Source of the DNA: Thermodesulfovibrionia bacterium
GTDB lineage: Bacteria > Nitrospirota > Thermodesulfovibrionia > JACRGW01
Direction: 5' to 3'
Assembly (NCBI GenBank): GCA_919902995.1
Contig: CAKKSD010000008.1
Coordinates: 10,922-74,921 of the forward strand
DNA: 64,000 bases
Positions 35,950 to 46,451 of this stretch are shown here, piece by piece. The position numbers and the translations under genes were made by a program. Numbering within the stretch: position 1 is the first letter of the stretch; each line of letters opens with the position of its first letter. The notes under the pieces were generated by a model that saw only the letters and a program-made list of their open reading frames with translations, had not been told where the DNA came from and searched no databases.

Positions 35950-36541
35950 GCCTTTTGCCTATTCCATGTGCTATCGAAGACCAATCCTTTTCTTTTTCAA
36001 TATCTTTTGTTGTATCCTCTATTTCCTTTGTTAGCTTTTTATCCTTTAAATAATTGCCTGTCGTGTGTAATATTTCTATGCACCGTTCCTTATCTTTAAG
36101 CAAATCATGGCTTAACAGCTTTAGTAAGTATCCTTTATAACCAGAATCACTTCCGCAGATAGCTTTCCTTATAGCCTGACTGGAAATAGGAATCATATTT
36201 TTTAATAAATCAATAAACTCCTTCAGGTTAAAAGGAATCCTTATATAGGCATGATTATAAGGATGGTCATGAAATATTGGGAACTCCTTTTCAAAAGATT
36301 CCTTTTCCTTAAATCCAATTACAACAATAGGATTAAGGTGTTTTGACCTTATCGTTTCATAAAACAACTCGTGTATTCTATCTTCAGGGGTTGATATTAG
36401 TACCACTCTATTTTTTTTCTTTAAAGAGTCATTCGTAAATAGAAGCACGGTCATGCTGCCTACTGCACTTAGTGCCCTTTTAAAGGATTTATAAAGTTCT
36501 TCATTTTTAGAGATAAAAACTATTTTTTTATTACTTCTCAT
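35912..36541 (-). CDS. hypothetical protein (209 aa), possibly degenerate receiver-like
   Basis: KIVFISKNEE...VVLISTPED...PIVVIGF alternate as in a flavodoxin-like fold. Confidence 0.3.
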   Translation of the reverse strand: MRSNKKIVFISKNEELYKSFKRALSAVGSMTVLLFTNDSLKKKNRVVLISTPEDRIHELFYETIRSKHLNPIVVIGFKEKESFEKEFPIFHDHPYNHAYIRIPFNLKEFIDLLKNMIPISSQAIRKAICGSDSGYKGYLLKLLSHDLLKDKERCIEILHTTGNYLKDKKLTKEIEDTTKDIEKEKDWSSIAHGIGKRLENKIKGEDSNG

Positions 36542-36657
36542 ATATTGTCCTTCTCACTATCTCTTGTGTCCTCTAAGCTTAAATTATCTTATATCTTATA
36601 ACACAAAAGAATATCTCAGAGATATCCCTTAAATATTACCTTATGTAGAACAAATCT

Positions 36658-39384
36658 TTAAGGCTTACTCTTTGCCCTCAAATATTCTTTTGTCAGGCGG
36701 AATGAAACTTTATTGCTTTCTATTTCTACTGGTGTATACATCTCGGGCTTTAAAGTACCGAAGGGTGAATCGATACTTCCATCATCCATTTTAACTCCGA
36801 GCCACAAACCATCTTTAAATGGCGGACAGAACTTTCTCTCATCTTCTTCATGCGAAAGCCTGGACTTAATTAGATTTAAGAAAAATAGTGGAATCTGTCT
36901 TTTTATTCTATCAAGACATAATACAAAATAGAGATATCTAAAAAGATTATGAGTTTTTTTAGCTTCTGCAGTTTGCAAATTGTTTTCAAGCATAAGAAAC
37001 ATCGCTTTCTTTAAGATGTCCTTATCAGCGAGGTCACAATATTCGTCCGCAAAAGAACAATCTTGTGGGCAAGCATTGTTGCAGATAGAATGAATCATAT
37101 CTTCCACTAATTTTGGTGTAAGTTCCCATTTTGAGCAAGGGTCTTGCCAATCAGTCTCCATATCTATACCAAGGGCTTTAAAGATAGCAAGAAAGGCAAA
37201 AAGTGCATCAGTAAATCTTAGATCAACATCTGGATGCGCAGCCGAATGACGAAGCTGGAAGGCAATAAAAGGATAGATATTCTTATCTTTTGACAATTTC
37301 CCTTTTGTTAATCTGATATACATTTTTAACGGGTTATAAATTTGAGAGTTTGTATCTCCTCTTTCCCAAACCAATTCTATGATGTTGCCCAACATTATGA
37401 GGGTTCCAATAAGATAGGACGAATCCCTCTCTTTAAGATATCTTTTTAAAGAAGAATACGCTGCTTCTAACAGCAGAACCGTTTCATTCCTCTTTATCTC
37501 GCCAATTGTTGAAAATCTATTGAAAGTTTCAATACCCTTCCAAATCTTTCTTAGGGCCTTCCTCTCCTGACATGTTGTATTTTCAATCAAATTCTTAAAC
37601 TCTGTATAGTATGCCACCGCTTCATTTTCACTCTGATATTTGCTTTCTTTTTGGAAATATCCATCTATTCCTCCTTTTATTTTTTCAGCATCTTTTATAT
37701 TGAAATGTCTGGTCGTTGCAGTAAAAAGAATTACCGGAACTGCAATATCTCTTTTTCTTATTTCTCTTAAAAGACTTATGCCACTGAACTCTTTATGCAG
37801 TGGTTTACCATGAGGATACTTTTTCTTTATCTCTTCATCTTCTTTTGTAAGGTATAAATCCAGCAAAATAAGATCATAATCGGTTAATCTGCGTGTAGCT
37901 TCATTTATTCTGGAGTCATTCAATAAATCATCCCCACTTTGCCATTCTTTGCCTATTGCCTCCACTATATCATTTCCGAATAAAACCTTAATGGTCTCTT
38001 CCCATCCTGCCTTTTTTGCTTCATCATCTATAAGTAATACCTTTTTACCTCGTAATATTTCCGAAAGAGGTCTTTCCACTGATAATTTGTGCGTCTGTTC
38101 TGATAATGTCTCATCGCCTGTATCAGTTATGCCTACTGCTATAGCATCGTAAATTTCAATTTCTTCCCAAGCATTTTTATCTCTTTCTTGCAATTTTTTT
38201 AATACTCCTCTATAGCTGGCGCTATCAATATTATCAACATAATAAGCACCTTTTAGGAGTGAATAAGGGGCGGTGAAATTTCTCCATGCGTGTTGCAGAA
38301 TACCTTCTGAGGTTAAATCACAGCTTTGTTTTATATACTCTTTCAGTGTTTGAGCGGACAATGATTTATTTGCATTTTTTTGTATCATGCTCATGACGTC
38401 TATTAAGGAGAAGGGAATAGTTACAAACTCAACACCTTTTGCAAGTAATACAAAGTATCTTCTGTCTTTTTCAATAAGATCCTGGAGTCTATTTAAGGAA
38501 ATAAAAATGACTGGAGGGGGATTATTTTTATATTTGATAATCTCTGCCCAATACCTTCTTACAAAATAAATATAATCGGAGTTGACTTCAAAGTCTAAAA
38601 TAATAATAAGGGAAACATCCTTTAGTAATTTTTCAACTGCTTTTTGTGCGGAATCGATAAATGATTTACACTCCCATAAATATGAATTCTGAGATGTTGT
38701 TTGTGAAAGCTCTAAATACCTCTTACTTCTCTCCTCTATCATTTCCTGCCAATATTCCTCTAATAATACTATATGAGCTCCTTCAGGTATTTGTAATATA
38801 AGGTTCTCCATTTCTTTTACTATAGACACATATTTTTTATAAAACTCCATTAATCTCATGGCATTTTGTCTTTTTAATCTATCCTCTATTCCCTCAAGAT
38901 TATTTAGTCTGTTATTCTCTATAGCTTTTTTTTCATTTTCTAAATTTTGTTTTTTTATCACTAATAAATTAAAATTCTCTATTATTTCGGGCATTCTTAT
39001 GTTACCTTCGCTCTTTTTATATGCCCCTGCCATAATTTCCCCCAGCCTATTTATCTCCCTCCCTATTAAATCAATTTGTTCCTGCAACTGACTACATATA
39101 TCCTCTGTTAATCTTTCAAGTTCTTCGTTTATTTTCGTCTTTTTACTCTGCTCAAGTCTGTTATTTAAACTTGTTTGTAGTTCCTCTGCCTTTTTTTTAA
39201 ATTCCTGTGGTAATTCTCTAAAAGCATCTGATATTTGCCTTTGTATTTCCAATAGAACTTTACTATAAGATATGATCTGAAGATCATATTGGTTGTAAAA
39301 AAGTGAGTTTAATGCCCTTTGAAGTGATATGGAGGTTTCGTTAAGGCCATCAGAAACAATCAACACTTTCCTTTTCTTATCCAT
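36658..39384 (-). CDS. large multidomain protein (908 aa) with central REC domain and coiled-coil region
   Basis: KKVLLIDDEAKK...DLILLDLYL...PVILFTATT...GYFQK is a canonical receiver. RHSAAH near the C-terminus could be an Rx4H HEPN-like motif (speculative). Confidence 0.5.
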   Translation of the reverse strand: MDKKRKVLIVSDGLNETSISLQRALNSLFYNQYDLQIISYSKVLLEIQRQISDAFRELPQEFKKKAEELQTSLNNRLEQSKKTKINEELERLTEDICSQLQEQIDLIGREINRLGEIMAGAYKKSEGNIRMPEIIENFNLLVIKKQNLENEKKAIENNRLNNLEGIEDRLKRQNAMRLMEFYKKYVSIVKEMENLILQIPEGAHIVLLEEYWQEMIEERSKRYLELSQTTSQNSYLWECKSFIDSAQKAVEKLLKDVSLIIILDFEVNSDYIYFVRRYWAEIIKYKNNPPPVIFISLNRLQDLIEKDRRYFVLLAKGVEFVTIPFSLIDVMSMIQKNANKSLSAQTLKEYIKQSCDLTSEGILQHAWRNFTAPYSLLKGAYYVDNIDSASYRGVLKKLQERDKNAWEEIEIYDAIAVGITDTGDETLSEQTHKLSVERPLSEILRGKKVLLIDDEAKKAGWEETIKVLFGNDIVEAIGKEWQSGDDLLNDSRINEATRRLTDYDLILLDLYLTKEDEEIKKKYPHGKPLHKEFSGISLLREIRKRDIAVPVILFTATTRHFNIKDAEKIKGGIDGYFQKESKYQSENEAVAYYTEFKNLIENTTCQERKALRKIWKGIETFNRFSTIGEIKRNETVLLLEAAYSSLKRYLKERDSSYLIGTLIMLGNIIELVWERGDTNSQIYNPLKMYIRLTKGKLSKDKNIYPFIAFQLRHSAAHPDVDLRFTDALFAFLAIFKALGIDMETDWQDPCSKWELTPKLVEDMIHSICNNACPQDCSFADEYCDLADKDILKKAMFLMLENNLQTAEAKKTHNLFRYLYFVLCLDRIKRQIPLFFLNLIKSRLSHEEDERKFCPPFKDGLWLGVKMDDGSIDSPFGTLKPEMYTPVEIESNKVSFRLTKEYLRAKSKP

Positions 39385-39437
39385 CGCGGACTCCTCAACA
39401 GGAAATATCTTTATAAAATTTTATTTTTTAATTCTAT

Positions 39438-40223
39438 CTATTCATTACTTCTATAGCTTTCTCTAAGACATTCAGCAAGGGCGCAATACCAGTCGTGGAA
39501 GGAGTTAATCTCCTTGTCCTTCCAAGAATCTTTTAAAAGCCTTTTGGGATCGTTTTCTCTTTTAATAAGGTTTTGGAAAAAAACCTGAGCATCATTAATG
39601 ATGCCACTAAGCCTATTTTTATCTATTCCCTCGATTTCCGACAGTTCTTTTATCTTCGATTGTAATATTCCAAATTTATCATAATAATCAGTATTGTCAT
39701 TATACATTTGGTTTAAGTAATCTCCTTTTTTATTTTCTTCCAAAAGTTCCAATGCCTGCATGTCTATGTCGAGAGGGAGGAAGAGGTGGAGGAGATAGGT
39801 TGTAATCTCTGACAGTTTTTCTTTAGATCTCCACGAGTCTCGCAAGCTTACTATTGTATTTACATTCCAATTACCCTCATTACATTTCTCTTTTACATAA
39901 CTACCTACACCGCAGATGTCAAACCATTTACATTGTCGAGCAATATTAATAAATTCTGAAGCCTCGGATTTGCCTATTTTAAGGACAAGTCCTGAAGGAA
40001 ATTTGCTATTTATAGCAGTAATTTTTTCTTTCAGCTCTGAGCTGTCTATACCAGAGGCAGATAGATGCCATAACAGAACTATATTTTTAGGGTCGCTTGA
40101 AGACTTTAAGAATGATTCAATCGTATCAAAATGCGATCTTAATTTTTGAGGAAATTTCCCTTCCCCAAAAAAATCATTGAAAAAACTCTCTTTCTCAACT
40201 GTTATAAAGGTATAATTAGACAT
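39438..40223 (-). CDS. hypothetical protein (261 aa)
   Basis: ORF in a tight operon. No family recognised. Confidence 0.35.
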   Translation of the reverse strand: MSNYTFITVEKESFFNDFFGEGKFPQKLRSHFDTIESFLKSSSDPKNIVLLWHLSASGIDSSELKEKITAINSKFPSGLVLKIGKSEASEFINIARQCKWFDICGVGSYVKEKCNEGNWNVNTIVSLRDSWRSKEKLSEITTYLLHLFLPLDIDMQALELLEENKKGDYLNQMYNDNTDYYDKFGILQSKIKELSEIEGIDKNRLSGIINDAQVFFQNLIKRENDPKRLLKDSWKDKEINSFHDWYCALAECLRESYRSNE

Positions 40224-40226
40224 ATT

Positions 40227-42098
40227 TTACCTCCACATCAAAGGGAACTTTATTTCATAAGTAACAGAAGATTCTGAATTTTTTAAGTCTTTTTCTTCGT
40301 ACATGTCTTTTTTTACTGTAATCTCTTTGTTTTTTTCCCTAAACACTATTGATAAATCTGAAAGATCATCTCTGAAGCGATCCATTATCCACTGAATAAT
40401 ATAATGTCCAAGCCCTGTTAACTTAGTCCAGTTTATATCCTCACCGTTCAGATATCTATGAATATCTTTAGGAGTAACTTTACGCTGGCCTTCAGAAAAT
40501 CCAAATTTAAAATTTTTACCCTTTTGAATATATGTCAATTTATTGGCTATAAATGAAATATCTGTATATTGTATATTTGCATCTTCGTAATTTTGAAAAG
40601 TGTTTTTTATCAGGTTGTATAGAATACATTCAACTGCTGGCAAATAAATATATCTCTCTGGGGGGATATCCATTTTAGGGAGTTCGATATTATCCTTTTG
40701 TCGATTTTTTCTATATACGTCATTAAATATTTTCCATATTTGAATTATTTCATCTTTAAGATGGACATCTGTTAAAGGATCTTTATCATCGGTTATCTTT
40801 TCACCGAACAGTTTAACCATAAGCTTAGTTCTCCTATCAATTACTCCTTTTATGAAATCTATGTTTTCAATACTTATATCGCTCATAAGTCTTGTAGTAT
40901 CATGTCCGTAACCCTTATGGAATTGTATATTCTTTTCTGTGATTTTTATTAAGCCAAGAACATCATCAATTGCTAACTCTATTCCTTTTGAATACATTTC
41001 CAGTATGTTTTCTTCAAAATCAAAATATAAAATAAAAGCTATATCTTCTTTCTTGATATACAAACCACTTTTCGGTTTTAAGTATTTATCGGTGTTATGA
41101 ATATTACATATTTCACCTAAAGATATTATTTTAATTGAAGCATTCCCATAACTGAAATTATTACATATTACACATGATATTTCTTTCCATTCAGGAAACA
41201 ATTTAGAACCATCCTGCTTATCAAACGATAGGCGTCTAAATATATTGTCTTTTTCTCTCATACATGCACCAGTAATATTAAATAAGATTGGTAGTCTTAT
41301 AAAGACAGTTTTCAAAACGTCAAAGCCATTGCTCGGAAGGTCTTGAAGAACTACTGATAAGAATTCAAATTCCTTTGCATCTTTGATTGAAGTAATACCT
41401 AATTCTTTTACTAATTGTAAAAACCGTAGATAATCATAGGGGGTAAATTTCTCTTCTGTCTCTGCGACAAAAGCAATCCCTGCTATTTGACCATATAAAG
41501 GAATATGAGACATTATTGCACTTTTTATTTTAAGCCCTTCCCAGAAGAACCCTTCTAAAGTGTTAATTATAGATGTAAATGAAATTTGTTTATTAGCTAA
41601 TATTAAGTCATTTTCAATATATTCTTCTGCACCACTATACTTATTAAATTGCCCTTCATTATAAAAAAACCTTGGAACTCTCGTATGAAATGTTTGCCCT
41701 GTTACTCCGTAATGGCGACTTATCGGGGTGTTTAACAATAAGTCCACGAAAATATCAATTAAATTATTTTTATCACCATTTGCGTTTTTAGGTAAGCTGT
41801 TATTTAAAAAAGCTTTAGTGTTTTCATTTGATACCTCTTCATACCACCTTTTTATTTCTTTGTCAGAATTAATTACTTCCTTTGCTTTATTTAAAGCCTC
41901 AGTTAATCTTTTTAGATCCACATTATTAGAGCGGATATATTCTTTAAAGTATTCCCTGCCATAATAATGAAAGCATTGGGTTTTAGATTTTAAAAGTATT
42001 ATAAATGGAGGTGTTTTCAAATAGAACTCGTCTTGAAATCTCTTTGCTATTTCTGTCAGAGTACTATCTATATCTTTTTTACTGCCCATCTCTTGCAT
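40227..42098 (-). CDS. hypothetical protein (623 aa) with possible C-terminal histidine-kinase-like ATPase
   Basis: Candidate H-box GYGHDTTRLMSDI, N-box-like ILYNLIKNTFQ and G2-like LTGLGHYIIQWIMDRF about 100 aa apart. Weak. Confidence 0.35.
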   Translation of the reverse strand: MQEMGSKKDIDSTLTEIAKRFQDEFYLKTPPFIILLKSKTQCFHYYGREYFKEYIRSNNVDLKRLTEALNKAKEVINSDKEIKRWYEEVSNENTKAFLNNSLPKNANGDKNNLIDIFVDLLLNTPISRHYGVTGQTFHTRVPRFFYNEGQFNKYSGAEEYIENDLILANKQISFTSIINTLEGFFWEGLKIKSAIMSHIPLYGQIAGIAFVAETEEKFTPYDYLRFLQLVKELGITSIKDAKEFEFLSVVLQDLPSNGFDVLKTVFIRLPILFNITGACMREKDNIFRRLSFDKQDGSKLFPEWKEISCVICNNFSYGNASIKIISLGEICNIHNTDKYLKPKSGLYIKKEDIAFILYFDFEENILEMYSKGIELAIDDVLGLIKITEKNIQFHKGYGHDTTRLMSDISIENIDFIKGVIDRRTKLMVKLFGEKITDDKDPLTDVHLKDEIIQIWKIFNDVYRKNRQKDNIELPKMDIPPERYIYLPAVECILYNLIKNTFQNYEDANIQYTDISFIANKLTYIQKGKNFKFGFSEGQRKVTPKDIHRYLNGEDINWTKLTGLGHYIIQWIMDRFRDDLSDLSIVFREKNKEITVKKDMYEEKDLKNSESSVTYEIKFPLMWR

Positions 42099-42721
42099 AA
42101 TTTTTCACCAGTCTTATTTAAAGGCCCTAAACCATTTTCGCCACATGCTTTCTCTCGATCATCTGTAAAAAAACAATCGTGTTGCTCATTCGATAAAAAT
42201 AACTCTCTAGCAGTTTGTTGCAAAAAACAAGCTGTAACATGACGAGATATATATTCTTTAATATCCTCAATATCCTCTATAGGCTGAAGTCTTGAAAATA
42301 AGAGGAATGAACCAATTTCTTTCTTGGAACAGTAGCCACGCTCCTTATCAATTTTTTGAAAACAGCCTACTACCTTAATTGGGATATTGAGGCAACTTTT
42401 GGCTACACTGATATGAGGAATGCTGTCTTTCAGTTCTTTGCAGGATTCGCAATGTTCACGATTTAGCCACCATGAATTTTTTGAGGTTTTTAGAAGTCTT
42501 TTTAAATCATTTTTTTGCTTTTCTAATAAACAACTTGTAGCTATTATATCTTCTTCTATATAGGCAGCACCTAACGTAAGATCAAAAAGAGGTTGGAAAT
42601 ATTGTAAGAAAATTCGGAAAAGGTCATTACTGGGATATATCGAAACTAAATCAGCATAAATATATGAAAAGATTACATCGATATCTGTCTTATCTCTTGG
42701 TGCATCAGGCAAAAGAGACAT
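42068..42721 (-). CDS. hypothetical Cys-rich protein (217 aa)
   Basis: HCESCKELK...CLNIPIKVVGC...CSKK Cys pattern. Confidence 0.3.
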   Translation of the reverse strand: MSLLPDAPRDKTDIDVIFSYIYADLVSIYPSNDLFRIFLQYFQPLFDLTLGAAYIEEDIIATSCLLEKQKNDLKRLLKTSKNSWWLNREHCESCKELKDSIPHISVAKSCLNIPIKVVGCFQKIDKERGYCSKKEIGSFLLFSRLQPIEDIEDIKEYISRHVTACFLQQTARELFLSNEQHDCFFTDDREKACGENGLGPLNKTGEKLCKRWAVKKI

Positions 42722-42739
42722 ATCATTCCCCTAATTGAT

Positions 42740-43789
42740 TCATCTCCAGCAGGCTGGATCAGAAGCAAAGACATCACCAGTCATTGCAAAGGTTCTGCAC
42801 CTGCATCCAAAACATTCACCTTTCAATGCACAACTGCCGCATTTCCCTTTTAAATTGTCCTCCATGTTTCTAACATTTCGTAAAAAGTCGCTATTCCATA
42901 TTTTCTTTAAAGACTGTTTACGAATATTGCCTGCATTTATAAATATACTATAACATGGCCTTACATCGCCCTGAATACCAACAACCATATTCACATATAC
43001 AAGTTGACATTGTGAAGCAACAAAAGGTGGTCGTGGTTCCCATGTGTACCCAAATTCAGATTCATCGATCTCAAGCAGTTTATAAGTCAAATCTCTAAAT
43101 TGCTCGTTAGTTATATCGAGGTCTTTTCCCTTTGCCCTCCCCGAAAGGAATACTCTACAAATATATGGAAATATATTGTTTCTTCTTGCAAAGCGAAAAA
43201 TCTCGGATGCTTCTCTGACAGTTTCCTTAACTATAAAAGAGTCTATAGCAATTCTTGTGGGATTTACTTTATTAAAGCCGGCATCCATCAGGTTATGAAT
43301 CCCCTGCATCATCTTTTCATAAGCCCAGGGAACACCACCACATAGTTTGTTTTGCACCTCAGGCCTCATGCTATTCAGAGTAGCCACAACTGTCACAGGA
43401 CTTTCATATAAAATCTTCGCAGTGCTTTTGTCAATCAATGATGCGTTTGAATAAAGTATGAGATACAAACCTCTTTCTTCAATTAATTTGAGGATCTTAA
43501 AGAAATTGGGATCAAGAAGAGGTTCTCCAGCGCCAGCGATGGCTACCTCTCTTGCACCGAGTTCTACTGCCTGGTCAAGTATACTCTTATATTCATCGAG
43601 TGTTAATTCATTAGCTAGTTTTTTCCCTGCATCCGTATAACAATAAATGCATCTAAGGTTACATATATTGCTGGTTTCTATGCTAATGACAAGCATTCTG
43701 TTTTGTGCCCTCGCCTTTTTAATTTCTTCGAAGGAGAAATCAAGTCCTTTAAGTTTAGGAGGGCTGCTTAATGCTATAATAGTTTTCAT
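42740..43789 (-). CDS. radical SAM enzyme with C-terminal SPASM/twitch domain
   Basis: CNLRCIYCY (CxxxCxxC) at the N-terminus. C-terminal CGSCALKGECFGCRCRTFAMTGDVFASDPAC is typical of SPASM auxiliary clusters. Confidence 0.7.
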   Translation of the reverse strand: MKTIIALSSPPKLKGLDFSFEEIKKARAQNRMLVISIETSNICNLRCIYCYTDAGKKLANELTLDEYKSILDQAVELGAREVAIAGAGEPLLDPNFFKILKLIEERGLYLILYSNASLIDKSTAKILYESPVTVVATLNSMRPEVQNKLCGGVPWAYEKMMQGIHNLMDAGFNKVNPTRIAIDSFIVKETVREASEIFRFARRNNIFPYICRVFLSGRAKGKDLDITNEQFRDLTYKLLEIDESEFGYTWEPRPPFVASQCQLVYVNMVVGIQGDVRPCYSIFINAGNIRKQSLKKIWNSDFLRNVRNMEDNLKGKCGSCALKGECFGCRCRTFAMTGDVFASDPACWR

Positions 43790-44574
43790 ATCTTTGTCCC
43801 TCTAAGGATATTGATATCCTTAGATTCATTCTCCAATTGCATTTTCTTAATGTTTTCGAAACCCGCATTTTTAAAGGCCCTTAATAAATCATCTTCAAAA
43901 ACGAAATACCCATCTATTGTTACCAATTTATGAGAAATGCTATTACTCTCCCTATCGAAAAAGACAAAAAAGATATTATATGTCCTTGAGTTCTCTTTGT
44001 AATCTAAAATATAAAAGCTTACAATATCTTTTGAGCCAAATTGTAAATGTGCTCGGTGCTCAAATAGAGGTTTTTCCTGGATTACTGCTTCATAGTTTCT
44101 TATATCAATATAGCAAAGTCCGCCTTTCTTTAAAAGAGTGCCCATATTTTTAATTGCTATCTCAAAATCATTAGGTTCGATATGAGAAAAAGAATTGCCC
44201 CTGCAAATTACTGCATCAAATTTCTCCTTAATATTCGATGATAAATCAAGAATATTTGTTTGAAAGAAATTTATATTTTTTATTCCTGCTCTGATAGCAT
44301 TAGAGATTGATCTCTCTATCATTTTGCCGCTTATATCAGAACCAGTAACCTCATATCCAAGCTTTGCAAGTTCAATGATCATATGGCCGGTTCCGCATGA
44401 GCAATCCAAGATTTTCTGAATACCTAAAGGTTTCAAAAGTTTCAAATCAAGTTCTTGGGCTATTTTTTTATTTATCCCTTCAATATCAGTATAGAGAAAG
44501 TGATAATATTCAGACAGTTCATCGTATAGTATCTCTACTTGCTGATATGATGACGTTTCTAATTGTAGTTTCAT
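43786..44574 (-). CDS. class I SAM-dependent methyltransferase
   Basis: Motif I ILDCSCGTGHMIIELAKLG, followed by D-acidic and CRGNSFSHI motifs. Confidence 0.7.
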   Translation of the reverse strand: MKLQLETSSYQQVEILYDELSEYYHFLYTDIEGINKKIAQELDLKLLKPLGIQKILDCSCGTGHMIIELAKLGYEVTGSDISGKMIERSISNAIRAGIKNINFFQTNILDLSSNIKEKFDAVICRGNSFSHIEPNDFEIAIKNMGTLLKKGGLCYIDIRNYEAVIQEKPLFEHRAHLQFGSKDIVSFYILDYKENSRTYNIFFVFFDRESNSISHKLVTIDGYFVFEDDLLRAFKNAGFENIKKMQLENESKDINILRGTKI

Positions 44575-44581
44575 TTCTGAG

Positions 44582-45694
44582 TTACTCCTTTATAGGTACA
44601 AACTGCTTGTTCTTTACGGTCTTAAACATTACTGATTTAATGACATCCCCATTCCTATCAAAATTGGTCTTCCCTGAAACGCCAGGATAATCCTTTAGCT
44701 TGTATAAACCATCCTTTATTGCATCAGGATTATAACCGGTTTTTCCGATCATTAGTGCCATAATTTTTGTTGCGTCATATGTAGTTGCAGCAAAGATTTC
44801 GGACTTCTTTCCGAATTTTTTCATATATTCTTGCTGATATGCTTTTACTGTTGGATCATGACTATCCGGATCGAAGGCAGGGGCAGTATAAACCAACCCT
44901 TCAGCACTGTCTCCCGCGATATTGATCAAATCAGGTCCTTCTATCCCGACGGTACCTAATATCTGAGCCTTTATATTTAGTTCCCTTGCTTGCTTCACAA
45001 CATGACCATTTTCTTTTGCATGACCGACTAAATAGATTGCTTCTGGATTGTATTTCTTAATTTTTATAAGTTGTGGTCTCATATCAGAAATACCTTGTTT
45101 ATATGTTTCAGTAATTAAAACTTTCCCCCCCTGCTTCGAGAACTCTGTCTTAAATACATTTGCTACCCCGAGACCATATTCATTATTAATATGTAAAATT
45201 GCAACGTTTCTATATTTCTTTTTAATGACATAATTGGCCATAGCAGACCCCTCAAAATCATCTGATGGCCAGTTGCGGAATATGTAATCGCCAGCCTTTG
45301 TGATTGCAGGACTTGATGACGAGGACATAATAACCACCTTTGCTTTCTCACATATTGGTGCAACCGCAAGTGTTACAGTGCTTGGTATGGGTCCTATTAT
45401 TACTTTAACCTTATCAACATTTATTAACTTATTTACCGCTGAAACTCCTTTTTTAGGTTCAGCAGCATCATCCTCATAAACAACCTCTATCTTTTTACCG
45501 TTGATACCCCCTTTTGAATTTATTTCATCCACAGCAAGGCTAATTCCACGCTTTCCCCATTCTCCATATTGTGCAGCGTCTCCACTAAGAGGCAATATCG
45601 CTCCAATCTTATAAACCTCCTCTGCAATTGAAGTTGTTATAACCCCAAAAACCAGAATGATGGCCAAAGCTATTACTAATAATCCTTTCTGCAT
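44582..45694 (-). CDS. livK: branched-chain amino-acid ABC transporter substrate-binding protein
   Basis: Signal peptide and the LivK/LivJ family pattern YKIGAILPLSGDAAQYGEWGKRGISLAVDEIN. Confidence 0.75.
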   Translation of the reverse strand: MQKGLLVIALAIILVFGVITTSIAEEVYKIGAILPLSGDAAQYGEWGKRGISLAVDEINSKGGINGKKIEVVYEDDAAEPKKGVSAVNKLINVDKVKVIIGPIPSTVTLAVAPICEKAKVVIMSSSSSPAITKAGDYIFRNWPSDDFEGSAMANYVIKKKYRNVAILHINNEYGLGVANVFKTEFSKQGGKVLITETYKQGISDMRPQLIKIKKYNPEAIYLVGHAKENGHVVKQARELNIKAQILGTVGIEGPDLINIAGDSAEGLVYTAPAFDPDSHDPTVKAYQQEYMKKFGKKSEIFAATTYDATKIMALMIGKTGYNPDAIKDGLYKLKDYPGVSGKTNFDRNGDVIKSVMFKTVKNKQFVPIKE

Positions 45695-45747
45695 TTCAGA
45701 CCTCCTTAGTCTTTATATGTTCATAAATTTCTATGCATTTTCCAACA

Positions 45748-46449
45748 TCAAGCATGAACAAGCCTCCCGCTGATAGCTTCTTTTATATTTTCAGGTAAGC
45801 CTTCAAATGCGACCTGACCGTTTTTTAAGAGATAACCTCTGTGAGCTATCTTTAATGCCTCTCCCACTTTTTGTTCCACAAGCAAAATAGCCATGTTATA
45901 GGTTTTGCTAATTTCAACAATCTTCTCCATAATTCCTTTTACAAGCCTTGGAGCAAGTCCTGCAGATGGTTCATCAAGCAGGAGAAGTTTTGGTCTATTA
46001 AGCATTATCATGCCAAGTGCAAGCATCTGTCTTTCACCACCAGAGAGAAGCCCAGCCCTTTTATTGAGTTTATCTTTAAGCAATGGGAAAAGGTTAAGGG
46101 CACCTTCTACCCGTTCTTTAAAGATAGATTTCTTAAGGTTTGCCCCTCCCATCTCAAGGTTTTCATATATACTCATGTCATTAAAGACCGCTCCACCCTG
46201 AAGAAAGTAACCCATCCCCATTGATATTCTTTTATTGGTTTCTAAACTGGTAATGTCAATACCATCAAAAACTATTTTACCGCTCCTTGGGGAAATAAAA
46301 CCCGATATAGCCTTAAAGACAGTTGACTTCCCAGCGCCATTAGGCCCAATGAGGGCTACTATCTCATCTAAATTAACTCTTATAGAAGTGCCTGTAAGAA
46401 TCTCTCTGCCATTATATCCGGCATGTATATTCGTTAGTTCGAGCAGCAT
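45748..46449 (-). CDS. livF: branched-chain amino-acid ABC transporter ATP-binding protein LivF
   Basis: GPNGAGKST Walker A, LSGGERQML signature, LLLDEP Walker B. Confidence 0.8.
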   Translation of the reverse strand: MLLELTNIHAGYNGREILTGTSIRVNLDEIVALIGPNGAGKSTVFKAISGFISPRSGKIVFDGIDITSLETNKRISMGMGYFLQGGAVFNDMSIYENLEMGGANLKKSIFKERVEGALNLFPLLKDKLNKRAGLLSGGERQMLALGMIMLNRPKLLLLDEPSAGLAPRLVKGIMEKIVEISKTYNMAILLVEQKVGEALKIAHRGYLLKNGQVAFEGLPENIKEAISGRLVHA

Positions 46450-46451
46450 CT

